Assembly: GCA_964430885.1 (NCBI GenBank)
Contig: CAYSHM010000015.1
Span: 9,265 to 73,264, forward strand
Reading direction: 5' to 3'
Source: an uncultured archaeon
GTDB lineage: Archaea; Thermoplasmatota; Penumbrarchaeia; JASLWR01
DNA length: 64,000 bases
The position numbers were made by a program, and so were the translations under genes. Of the stretch, positions 28,342 through 37,700 are shown in pieces. Below the pieces are notes generated by a model, which saw nothing but the letters and a program-made list of their open reading frames with translations, had not been told where the DNA came from and did no database searches. Positions within the stretch are counted from its first letter, which is position 1. The number at the start of each line of letters is the position of its first letter.

Positions 28342-29308
28342 CGTAACGCCCCCATTTTTGGGATAAGAATAGAATGAACAATGGAGCACCGATGAGAGCT
28401 GTAACAACACCTAAAGGTATCTCTCCGGGAGATATTGTCCTGGCAATATCATCGAATATTATCATAATTGTTGCCCCTATCAGAGCTGAAGCTGGCAGAA
28501 CCTTGCCGTTATCCGTCCCGAATAATTTCCTGGAAATATGAGGCACCAGAAGGCCCACCCAAACCACTATTCCCGCCACTGCGGTCACCGCTGCGGTTCC
28601 GACAACTCCGGCTACAACAGCTATCAGCCTCAATCTGCCGGGCTTTGTTCCCAGGGATATACTTACTTCATCCTCAAGTATGAGAAGATTCAGCCGCCAT
28701 CTTATTACAAATAGGACCAGGAAGCAAATGGAAGCTAAAGGTAGGACAAACCAGATATCCTCCCAGACCAAACCCGATAGTCCTCCCAATAACCAGAAGG
28801 TTATTTCCGGAAGCTGGTCCAAGGGGTCTGCCAAATATTTCATCATACCTATAAGCCCACCGAAAAAAGCCGAAACTGCGATTCCTGCAAGTATCAATCT
28901 GAGAACCCTTCCTCCATAACGGATCCCCCTAGATACAAGGTAAACCAAACCGAAAGCTGAGAGTCCGAATATCACCGCTGATATTTCAACAGCTATATGC
29001 GACGATGAGAAGTACAATATTGCCAGCGCAGCACCGAAACCGCAACCCTGTGAGACACCGAGTATACCCGGGCTTACCAGGGGATTTCTGAAGGCCGATT
29101 GGAAAGCAACACCGGATATGGAAAGTATCAGGCCCAAAAGTCCGGCCATTATTATTCTCGGAAGTCTTATATTCTTTATTATATTTCTTGCTGTCGGGTC
29201 ACCTGAAAGTTCCCACGGAGGCGTCATGTATCTTCCGATAAATAGAGAGACAACGTATACCCATGCTAATATTAGAACCAGTAGAATATATTTCCTGCTC
29301 TCTCTCAC
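28334..29308 (-). CDS. FecCD/BtuC-family ABC permease
   Basis: IRLPR, FRNPLVSPGILGVSQG, FWLLGGL, VGLLVPH, EIPLGVVTALIGAP. Confidence 0.93.
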   Translation of the reverse strand: MRESRKYILLVLILAWVYVVSLFIGRYMTPPWELSGDPTARNIIKNIRLPRIIMAGLLGLILSISGVAFQSAFRNPLVSPGILGVSQGCGFGAALAILYFSSSHIAVEISAVIFGLSAFGLVYLVSRGIRYGGRVLRLILAGIAVSAFFGGLIGMMKYLADPLDQLPEITFWLLGGLSGLVWEDIWFVLPLASICFLVLFVIRWRLNLLILEDEVSISLGTKPGRLRLIAVVAGVVGTAAVTAVAGIVVWVGLLVPHISRKLFGTDNGKVLPASALIGATIMIIFDDIARTISPGEIPLGVVTALIGAPLFILFLSQKWGRYGG

Positions 29309-29378
29309 ATTATTACCTCTTGATCATCACTCTCTGTGCTTGGCACAATAATGATTTTGATTATATCGGATTTCTTCA

Positions 29379-30512
29379 TCAATTCAAGATGTCACCAGTT
29401 ATGGCATCAACAATTTCATCAGCATCCTTTTCACTGAGCCCGTACCAATTGGTATAGAAATACTTTGCTTCTCCTCTCAGATCAATATCATGGAAAAGAT
29501 CCGGATGCAGGGTTTTCGCCATCCATTTGAATCCCAGGACCCATCGGGAACCCGGAGAGTCCCAACTCCCCATGGCGTGATTGTTACCGCAGTCATCTGG
29601 AAAGGAATATGTCCGGTTGTTTTTTACGGCCGATATATCTGGCCATAGTTGGTCGTTCCTTATCATTATCTCGGCTTCTTCAGGTGACGGGTCATAGGTA
29701 TATGTTACAATGAACAGAACCTGGGGGTCCCATTGGGCGATCTGCTCAAAGGATACAATGTTCCAACCCTCTCCGGTCAATTCATTAGACAGCGAATTCG
29801 ATCCCGCGTTATCCATCATATATGTCTGAAGCCATTCAGGCCCTGGAACGTTGAAGGACAGGGTCCCGCCTCTTGTACTGTAATAAAGAAGCATGGAATC
29901 TGCTTTTTCACCTTCGTTTACCAAAGATGTCACGTCGATTATTTCCCTGCAGCTCGAATTGTAATATTCGGCTATGGATACCGCTCTCTCTTCATCACCG
30001 AATACCTTGCCCAGGATCCTAATATCTCTCAGATAGGTCGAAATATCTTCAAGTTCCACATATACCACTGGAATGTCCAATTCCTCCAGTGATCTGCCGA
30101 TATCTTCCTTCAGAAAGGATTTAAGTATCACCACATCAGGCTTCTCACCGGCTATCTCCTCCACATTGGGATCCACGTTGTCCAGTCCTTTGAATATTTT
30201 TTTTCCGATGTTCGGGTCTATCTTGTTGAAAAGATCAGCTTCAGTAATGCTGTCCTTCATATACCAGAGCTTATCCTTTGATTCCGGGAACATGTAGGCT
30301 GCCGATACTATGGGCCAGCTGGACTTACCTGTTATTATCACCCTCTTAATGGGCAATCTGATGGTAACATTTCTACCAAGTGCATCGGTAACATAAATAT
30401 GCTCAACATCCTCTTCCAGATCCTGCGGTGCCGGATTTATTACCACATAGGTGAATCCAGCCACCATCAGTATTATCATTACAAATACGACTATCCCGCC
30501 TTTCTCAGCCAT
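29379..30512 (-). CDS. Iron-chelate/cobalamin-type ABC substrate-binding protein
   Basis: N-terminal TM; VTDALGRNV, PNVEEI..KPDVVI, VSFEQI..WDP, ISAVKNNR, MAKTLHPDLF. Confidence 0.9.
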   Translation of the reverse strand: MAEKGGIVVFVMIILMVAGFTYVVINPAPQDLEEDVEHIYVTDALGRNVTIRLPIKRVIITGKSSWPIVSAAYMFPESKDKLWYMKDSITEADLFNKIDPNIGKKIFKGLDNVDPNVEEIAGEKPDVVILKSFLKEDIGRSLEELDIPVVYVELEDISTYLRDIRILGKVFGDEERAVSIAEYYNSSCREIIDVTSLVNEGEKADSMLLYYSTRGGTLSFNVPGPEWLQTYMMDNAGSNSLSNELTGEGWNIVSFEQIAQWDPQVLFIVTYTYDPSPEEAEIMIRNDQLWPDISAVKNNRTYSFPDDCGNNHAMGSWDSPGSRWVLGFKWMAKTLHPDLFHDIDLRGEAKYFYTNWYGLSEKDADEIVDAITGDILN

Positions 30513-30699
30513 ATGCTTTCACACTCTCCTATCATTTGATCTGTTCTTCACGCAGCAATAAATGCCAACATTTCTGTTCAGGTAAATGGGCCTCTACTAA
30601 ATATTTGTTTTGGGTTTTGTAAATTATATGTGATTGCTTTTATATTGTATCATAAAAAATGGCAATCTATATTAATGGTGTAACATATTTAGTAAAACT

Positions 30700-31122
30700 A
30701 TGTTGGAGGATGAAAACGGCTTTCTGACCCGCAGACAGTTATACGTATTGAAGAAAAGGTATGCAGGAGTGAAGCAGCGGGATATCGCCAAGGAACTCAA
30801 AACCACCAGACAGAACATATCCCTCATTGAATCCCGGGCCAGGGATAACATCAAAAAAGCCAAGGAAACCCTACGGTCCTATGCCAAGATAAGAGCAAAG
30901 GGCACCTTGATCCTTGAGAAGGGAATGCACAAGATAGATATACCACAGATGATAGTGAAGGAAGCCGATCTTCTCAACATAAGGCTCAGAGCGAATTTTA
31001 CTCGGCTGTACAACGAGATCAAGTTCAATGCCCCTGGATGTGTAGGACATACCCATATAGAACACCCTATTGAGGTTCTCATTCTGGATGATGGAGATGT
31101 TAAGATTTCTCCCAAGAAATAG
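30700..31122 (+). CDS. Tfx-family HTH DNA-binding protein
   Basis: FLTRRQLYVL...G.KQRDIAKELKTTRQNISLIESRARDNIKKAKETL, then G....DIP..I...AD; divergent from the ABC operon. Confidence 0.85.
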   Translation: MLEDENGFLTRRQLYVLKKRYAGVKQRDIAKELKTTRQNISLIESRARDNIKKAKETLRSYAKIRAKGTLILEKGMHKIDIPQMIVKEADLLNIRLRANFTRLYNEIKFNAPGCVGHTHIEHPIEVLILDDGDVKISPKK

Positions 31123-31200
31123 ACGGTTTACTGTAACAACCAAAGCTGATTTGTAAAGAAAAATATTAATACAATTGTCAGGTATTTCCCCTTAGATGTG

Positions 31201-31342
31201 TGTGGGCCAATGGTCTAGTTGGTTATACTGATATGAACAGGACTTTGTCCTTCGGTTTATATCTCAGTCGCAAGGAAACCTTGTTCCTGATGCCGCTATA
31301 CATTGGTAATTGCATCTGTGGGCCAATGGTCTAGTTGGTTAT
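31201..31342 (+). repeat. 26-bp direct repeat (5' end of tRNA-Val plus 3 upstream nt) flanking a 90-bp structured spacer
   Basis: TGTGGGCCAATGGTCTAGTTGGTTAT at 31201-31226 and 31317-31342. Confidence 0.92.
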
Positions 31343-31393
31343 GATGCCGCCCTTACAAGGCGGTGACCGCCGGTTCGAATCCGGCTTGGCCCA
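31320..31393 (+). tRNA. tRNA-Val(TAC)
   Basis: GGGCCAA/TTGGCCC acceptor stem, anticodon arm CCGCC-CTTACAA-GGCGG, T arm GCCGG-TTCGAAT-CCGGC; no encoded CCA; T-tract downstream. Confidence 0.96.
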
Positions 31394-31555
31394 CTTGTTT
31401 TTTTAAAACATTTCTTTCTCCAGAATTCATCTATATATGTCTTACTTTTACCACCGGCCTTGTGTGTTTAATATATTGTGTTTATCCATCTGTAAATTCA
31501 GTATACCGCATCCATATTCGAAAGCGGAGTGCTGATGGATTACAGGGTAGATTAA

Positions 31556-32248
31556 ATGGCTGAGAGCGCAACCAGGTCAATGGAAGATAGAACCGTGAAA
31601 AGGTCCCTTTCTTTTCTTAACAGGAGGATGGATTCCATACTGCCTCCCCTTTCTCCTGGCGAGGTCACTTATCTCTATTCCACTGGCAGAAAGGTTTTCG
31701 GTGTCATACGGTGTCTTATGATATCCGCACTTCTCATGGACCATGATGAAGAAATCATATACTTGGACGGATGCAACAGCATGAACCCCTACAGGCTTGT
31801 CAGAATGTGCAAAAGGCGGGGGATGCGGGCCGAGGGACTTCTTCACAGGATAAAGGTATGCAGGGCATTTACGGCCTACCAGATGAGTTCCATAATAGAG
31901 GAAGATCTGGGTAAGGTCCTTGACAAAGCATCCTTTCTCATCGTTGCAGGGATGCAGTACATGTATCAGGACAAGGACATGAAATACCCCGAAGCGTCAG
32001 CCCTGGTTGAGAGAGCTGTCAGGCATATATCTGCTCTCGGCAGAGATAGGAATCTGTTTATTCTATTAATGGATAGTAGAAGAAAGGGTGTGAGGGAACA
32101 TACTGATCTGATATCCTCTCTGTCCCAGCGCCATATCCGGATATCCTACAGGGGAATGGACACCAGGCTGAGCGATTCCCTCTACGGAATCAAGGAATAC
32201 TTCAGGGAACTGCCGCCCTTTCAGACTGTTTTGGACGAATTCAGGTGA
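31556..32248 (+). CDS. Degenerate RadA/RadB-like P-loop protein of the PolB2 cassette
   Basis: Degenerate Walker A region; YLDGCNSMNPY, RIKVCRAFTAYQM; C-terminal QTVLDEF; first gene of the cassette with arCOG07300-like and PolB2 genes. Confidence 0.8.
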   Translation: MAESATRSMEDRTVKRSLSFLNRRMDSILPPLSPGEVTYLYSTGRKVFGVIRCLMISALLMDHDEEIIYLDGCNSMNPYRLVRMCKRRGMRAEGLLHRIKVCRAFTAYQMSSIIEEDLGKVLDKASFLIVAGMQYMYQDKDMKYPEASALVERAVRHISALGRDRNLFILLMDSRRKGVREHTDLISSLSQRHIRISYRGMDTRLSDSLYGIKEYFRELPPFQTVLDEFR

Positions 32249-32253
32249 TGCAT

Positions 32254-32532
32254 ATGGGAAGGACAGTGCCGACCTACAGGAACACAATGGACATGATCAT
32301 GGAGGATTGGAAGAAGTTCAAGCGGGCTCTCAGGAAGGAGGACAAGGAGGCTTTCGACAATGTGATGAGGAAGGCCAAACACCATGCCAGCGCAGCTTCC
32401 TACCAAGCCAGTGTGGACCCCACGGAGATGATATTCCTTTCCGTGCTTATAGAACAGGAAAAAGAACTCCGGAGGCTTAAGGAGTGGAAGGATGGATCTT
32501 CGACATCTACCCCGACAGGCTCAGGGGAATGA
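32254..32532 (+). CDS. Small helical PolB2-associated protein (arCOG07300-like)
   Basis: MGRTVPTYR...WKKFKRALRKEDKEAFD...A..HASA...P.E..FLSVLIEQ; AGGTGA RBS before ATG 32254; overlaps the polB start. Confidence 0.82.
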   Translation: MGRTVPTYRNTMDMIMEDWKKFKRALRKEDKEAFDNVMRKAKHHASAASYQASVDPTEMIFLSVLIEQEKELRRLKEWKDGSSTSTPTGSGE

Positions 32533-34703
32533 TGATTATATGGCTCTTTACCACTGAAGGGCCGTTGAGGTTCAGTTCCCCCTTTGTTCCCAGGATATAT
32601 GTGCAGGACAACCTCAGGAGAGATGGTTTCCTTGAAAGAATGGGTGAAGACCTTCTCCGTAATTCTGCAGTATCCGGTACGTTCATGGTTGAACGGTTCA
32701 CGGATGTGGGCCGCCTGACTGAAACAGAGCTTTTGGAAGTGTCCATATCCGATTACAGTGCCCTGGGGAAGATCGCCTGGGAACTTGTGGGTGCGGAGAA
32801 CTACAGGGATGTTACCCTCTACAATGTGGACCAATCACTGCCCTTCAGGTACATGCTCGAAAAAGGATTATTTCCCAATGCTAAGGTGGAGTTCGAAAAC
32901 AAAAATAATTCTCTCAATATTCTAGGCCTTAAAGACTGCCAGTATGCAAAGCTCTATCCCCTGCCGGAGTTCCGCACACTATCGCTGGGAAGGGATTCCA
33001 GAGGTCATACCTGGAAAAGGACACTTATAGATAATCTCATGGTTGACGATCATAGACTTAAGGGAACTGACAGCGATATACTCAAAGGTCTCATGGAAAT
33101 AGTTGAGGCAAAGGACCCGGATATCATTTTCACTGATGACGGCGACCGTTATCTTCTGCATTTCTTGAAGGCTAGAGCATCAAAAGCAGGTGTTGATTTC
33201 TCACTTGACAGGGATCGGTCCCAGAGGGGGCAGACCTCAAAAAAGGAAAAGACCTATTTCTCTTACGGCAGGATAGTCTACAAACCATCCCCCTTCCTTC
33301 TCAGGGGACGCATACACATAGACCGCAGTTCCTTCCTATGGCGCAACAGCGGATTGAATGGTCTTATCGATCTGTCCCGCCTCTCGCTGATACCGGTCCA
33401 AAATCTTGCAAGACTGTCTCCCGGCACCGCCATATCCGCAATCCAGAATGCCAGGGCCATAAAGGACGGCTGCGTCATTATGTGGAAGAAGAACAGGCCT
33501 GAGCTGTTCAAGTCAGCAGATGACCTCATACGCTCGGACAGGGGCGGTTTCATCTTCGGCCCCCTAGTCGGTCTTTTTTTTAACATAGCGGAAGTTGATT
33601 TCTCATCCATGTATCCCTGCATAATCTCCCGCTACAACATATCTCCTGAAACCGTGCTGTGCCCCTGCTGCCCTGATTCTACCCAGAGGGTGCCTGAGCT
33701 CGGATACAATGTATGCCGGAGGATTGAGGGCCTCCTACCCAGAGTTGTGGAGCCCATTGTCAGAAGAAGAGAGCATTTCAAGAAGGTACTGAAAAACAAT
33801 CCCAAAGCTAAGAGGGCGGGGGAGATCGTTGAAATACTTAAATGGGTGCTTGTCACGTGCTTCGGATATACTGGCTATAAGAACGCCCGCTTCGGAAAGA
33901 TAGAGTGCCACGAATCCATAACCGCCTACGGCAGGGAAATTCTGCTGAAAGCAATGGAGATCGCCCACGAGCTGGATCTGGAGGTGCTCCACGGTATAGT
34001 GGATTCACTATGGATAACAGGCAAGCTGGAAAATATTGTTCCTCTTTTGGAAAGAGTAGAGAGCGCAGTGAACATCCCCTTGGAGCTGGAAGCAAAGTAC
34101 AAATGGATAGTTTTCCTACCCAATCGCCAGGATAGGAGCGGAGCCCTGACGAGATACTACGGCCAGCTTGAGGACGGGAGGTTCAAGGTCAGAGGAGTTG
34201 AGGTGAGAAGGAGCGATACACCGAATTTTCTATCCGATTTTCAGATGGAGGTATTGGACATACTGGATTCCCCCGGAAGTCAGGAGGACTTCAGATTACG
34301 CATAGCCGAGTGCATAGGGAGGGGTAAGGAAGAAGCAGCAAGATTGAGGTCGGGAACGGTTCCCCTGGAAGACCTTGTTTTCAAGAAACGCATATCAAAA
34401 CCTTTAAAGGATTACTCTGTGCTCAACGACCAGTGCGCCTGCCTCAAGGTCATGGAGAGCGAAGGGATACATGTGATGCCTGGTCAGAGCATAAGATATG
34501 TGATCCGCGACTCGGTTTCCAAGGACCCTTCTAAAAAGGTAACACCTGAGCTGATGATAAAAGAGGACAGCACCTATGACGCTCAGGCCTACGTCAAAAT
34601 AATGGTAAGAAGCCTTGAATCCCTTTTCCTCCCCTTCGGCTGGGATTATGAACGCATAAAGAGAACAATGGATAACAGTCTCTCCCTCCTTGATTTTCAG
34701 TAG
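32484..34703 (+). CDS. polB2: Family B DNA polymerase, PolB2 (Dpo2-like) subgroup
   Basis: DRGG, motif A DFSSMYP, NISPET, motif B KWVLVTCFGYTG, motif C altered to HGIVDS, VRGVEVRRSD; no recognisable proofreading DxE motif. Confidence 0.92.
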   Translation: MEGWIFDIYPDRLRGMMIIWLFTTEGPLRFSSPFVPRIYVQDNLRRDGFLERMGEDLLRNSAVSGTFMVERFTDVGRLTETELLEVSISDYSALGKIAWELVGAENYRDVTLYNVDQSLPFRYMLEKGLFPNAKVEFENKNNSLNILGLKDCQYAKLYPLPEFRTLSLGRDSRGHTWKRTLIDNLMVDDHRLKGTDSDILKGLMEIVEAKDPDIIFTDDGDRYLLHFLKARASKAGVDFSLDRDRSQRGQTSKKEKTYFSYGRIVYKPSPFLLRGRIHIDRSSFLWRNSGLNGLIDLSRLSLIPVQNLARLSPGTAISAIQNARAIKDGCVIMWKKNRPELFKSADDLIRSDRGGFIFGPLVGLFFNIAEVDFSSMYPCIISRYNISPETVLCPCCPDSTQRVPELGYNVCRRIEGLLPRVVEPIVRRREHFKKVLKNNPKAKRAGEIVEILKWVLVTCFGYTGYKNARFGKIECHESITAYGREILLKAMEIAHELDLEVLHGIVDSLWITGKLENIVPLLERVESAVNIPLELEAKYKWIVFLPNRQDRSGALTRYYGQLEDGRFKVRGVEVRRSDTPNFLSDFQMEVLDILDSPGSQEDFRLRIAECIGRGKEEAARLRSGTVPLEDLVFKKRISKPLKDYSVLNDQCACLKVMESEGIHVMPGQSIRYVIRDSVSKDPSKKVTPELMIKEDSTYDAQAYVKIMVRSLESLFLPFGWDYERIKRTMDNSLSLLDFQ

Positions 34704-34799
34704 CGCTCCAATGTATGTAAAGGGTATTATAGTAGATTTGACCTAATTTGAATGGACTTCATTAGCTAAAATAATTGATGATCAGTTGAGGGTTGTTCC

Positions 34800-37700
34800 A
34801 TGAGTTTTTTTAGGTTGAAACATAATTATAGCATCTATGTCAGTCTTCTGTTGTCATTTGCATTCATTTTGAACTGCAGTATGTATATGACAGACAATTC
34901 TGTATTTGAGAGAGGCGGTAAGACCGTTTGGGATCCAAAGGTCACTGGCTTGGGCCCATCATCTTCATCTATAGGTGAAGAATCTAGGGGTTTCGACAAG
35001 ATAGGCAACACTTCAAGGTCGATTGTGATGGAGCCGGGGGATATGTACTATGCTTATCTGGATTACAAGAACCAGACCTTAGTGGAAGTGAATATTGATG
35101 ACGATCCGATAATACTGCCCCAAGCCGCCAGTGATGCATTGGAGATAGTGCCCGATTGGATCCACGATGATCTGGAATACACATTTTCAACACTTTCCAG
35201 TTCTGACGCTGTCACATATGCACAGCAGATACTGGATTCACCTGAAGAGGAATATGTGGACGAGATAGCTTTCTGCATCGCTAAAACCCACAAGGGCCTT
35301 CTGAACTCTCTTGTGCATTATAATTACGAAACCATATTCACCTGGAATGCTCAGATGATATACAGTGTGGATTCATGGGGGCTGAACTATACCGAAATAC
35401 TTGAAAAGAACGATTACACAACCCTCAGCTACAACAGCAGATTCGGCGGTGTTCACGAGCTTGCCAGGGATGATTATTACTGGTATGTGGTCTATCCCCG
35501 GACTCATATCGAGCTTCCGCGGACCCGAGTCGTGGAGAACAATACGGTTTTCTGGCGCAGCTTCTTTCTAAACGATTCTCGCTATGGTGAGTCCCTGTAT
35601 GAGGTTGTGAAGGATGCGGATAATGTCTATGAAGCAGCTGAGGACCTGGGAGACTGGCTTCTTGGTTTCATGGAGTTCAATTACGGCTGGAATCACATAG
35701 ATCCCATAGATGTATACCTGAATAGCCAGCAGTGTTCATGCGGGCAGTATTCCATTATCACCGGTACAATGGCCAAGGCGGCCCTGATACCCTGCTATTC
35801 ATTGGGAACCCGCTCCGAGGACCATGTTTGGAACGAGTTCTACGATACCAGATGGATAATGTGGGATACCAGCATAGGTGACATAAATACTAACGAGCTA
35901 AACATTATCGACGACCCTGGCCTATTCGATCCTGACCCGCCCAACGGCAGATACGGCAACGGAGCTTTGGGCCAGAAACAGCTGTCGACCATCTACATCA
36001 CCCGCGGGGACGAGTATATCTATCAGAGCCTGGCCTATACCGATTACGCCGATCTCACAGTAACGGTTACGGATTCATCTGGCAATCCGATAGACGGTGC
36101 ACGAGTGGACCTGTATCCCGCTACCGCAGGAAGCAATCCTGACAGGCCAGTCTGTATGTGGGGATATACGGATTCCAGCGGTCAAACCGATTTCAAGGTA
36201 GGCAACAAACTGGATTATTATGCCAAAGCTCATCACGATGTAATGGAGAAGATGCCCGATGGTAATCTAGTTCAGAAAATTGTGAACAATGCCCAGGCCG
36301 GCCAAAGCTATTCGGCTAACATTCAGTATCCTGAAGAGAGCCCAAAGGACCTTCCCGTCAATGATTCGGATACGGATAGTTCCGGGCTAGCAATGATAGA
36401 GACAACTATTACAATTTCAGGAGAAAGCCAGTACTGTGTAAACACGGAGAACGAGGCATGGGGATTGGGAGTAGAATATCCGACCCAGCAGGATGAAGGG
36501 GCACTGAGTTATTTTGTCTGCACGTTCGGAGAGTTCCAGAAATATCTCGCCGGGCAGGAGTTCATTTCCCATCAGCTAGAGGACTTCACCACCGGAGGCA
36601 GTTTCATATTCGAAACCGATATTTTGAGCGACCTGTATGTCGTGATCAGCAATGAACAGGCCTATTCCACTGCAAAAGAGGTGGATATCTCTATAGATAT
36701 GTTCTATACCGATACTCCCGTGATCATTCTGGACAAGGACCTGAACCCGGGACTGCTGTCTAAAGAGGATCACATTCACATATCAGGAAATGCCTATTCT
36801 CCTTCCGATGCCGATTCCCTGGAATATCGTTTTGACAATGGTGATTGGATTGATATTACGGAAGAGATCCAGAGTAGAAGCCAGGGAAAGATGTCCTTTG
36901 ATGCGCATATATCCCTAGCTAGTTTGGACAGTGGAGACCACACATTTTTCATAAGGCTGAGTTCAGGTTCCAATGCGGGTACTGACAGTTTTGAGTTCCA
37001 GCTGGATGTTGATTGCCCTGTCATTGATATCGAAACACCCATCAATGGTACTATAATGGAGAAAGAAGAAACTATCACAATTTCAGGCAGTGTTTCCGAC
37101 GATATTGAGGTTTCCTCGCTGATAATGGATATAAGCGGACCAGGTATAGAGAACGATGATGATTATCAAGGCCTGGAGCCGATGGTGGATATTCTCAACG
37201 GGACCTTCAGATATGAGCTGGATATGGAGGATATGGATTCAGGTAGGTTCACAGTAACCTTAGCTGCGGCTGACCTTGTGGGGCATCGGGGTTCTGCATT
37301 TTCCGTTTTCTATCTAGATACAGATTCACCTTTGGTGATAATAGATACACCCCAGAACGGTGATTTTCTCGGCGGGGCTTACGAGAAAATAAACATCGAA
37401 GGCAGGTTACTGGAGGAGATAGGAGTCGTGTCTCTGAACCTGCTGATAGAAGGTTCATCTCCTGTATCGCTGCTTCCTTATCTAAATGGGTCTGAATGGT
37501 CGTATCCGTGGAATCTATCCGAAGCTGAATCCGGCGAATATGATATTACAGTAATTGCAGAGGACGGTATTGGAAACACGGGTATGGCCCTATTAACAGT
37601 TGAACTTGATATCACACCTCCGCAGCTGTCTATTAATGACGAAGACCTTGGCGGGCATATTGTGAAACAGGGAACAGTAAAAACCATAACTGGTACAGTA

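Noticed and set aside
31227-31316. Hammerhead or other self-cleaving ribozyme in the tRNA-associated insert
   Set aside because: CTGA and GAAA words are present, but I could not assemble the CUGANGA/GAAA/UH core with the required stems by eye.
31201-31342. Possible minimal CRISPR array (two 26-bp repeats)
   Set aside because: The repeat is tRNA sequence, the 90-bp spacer is too long, and no cas genes are present.
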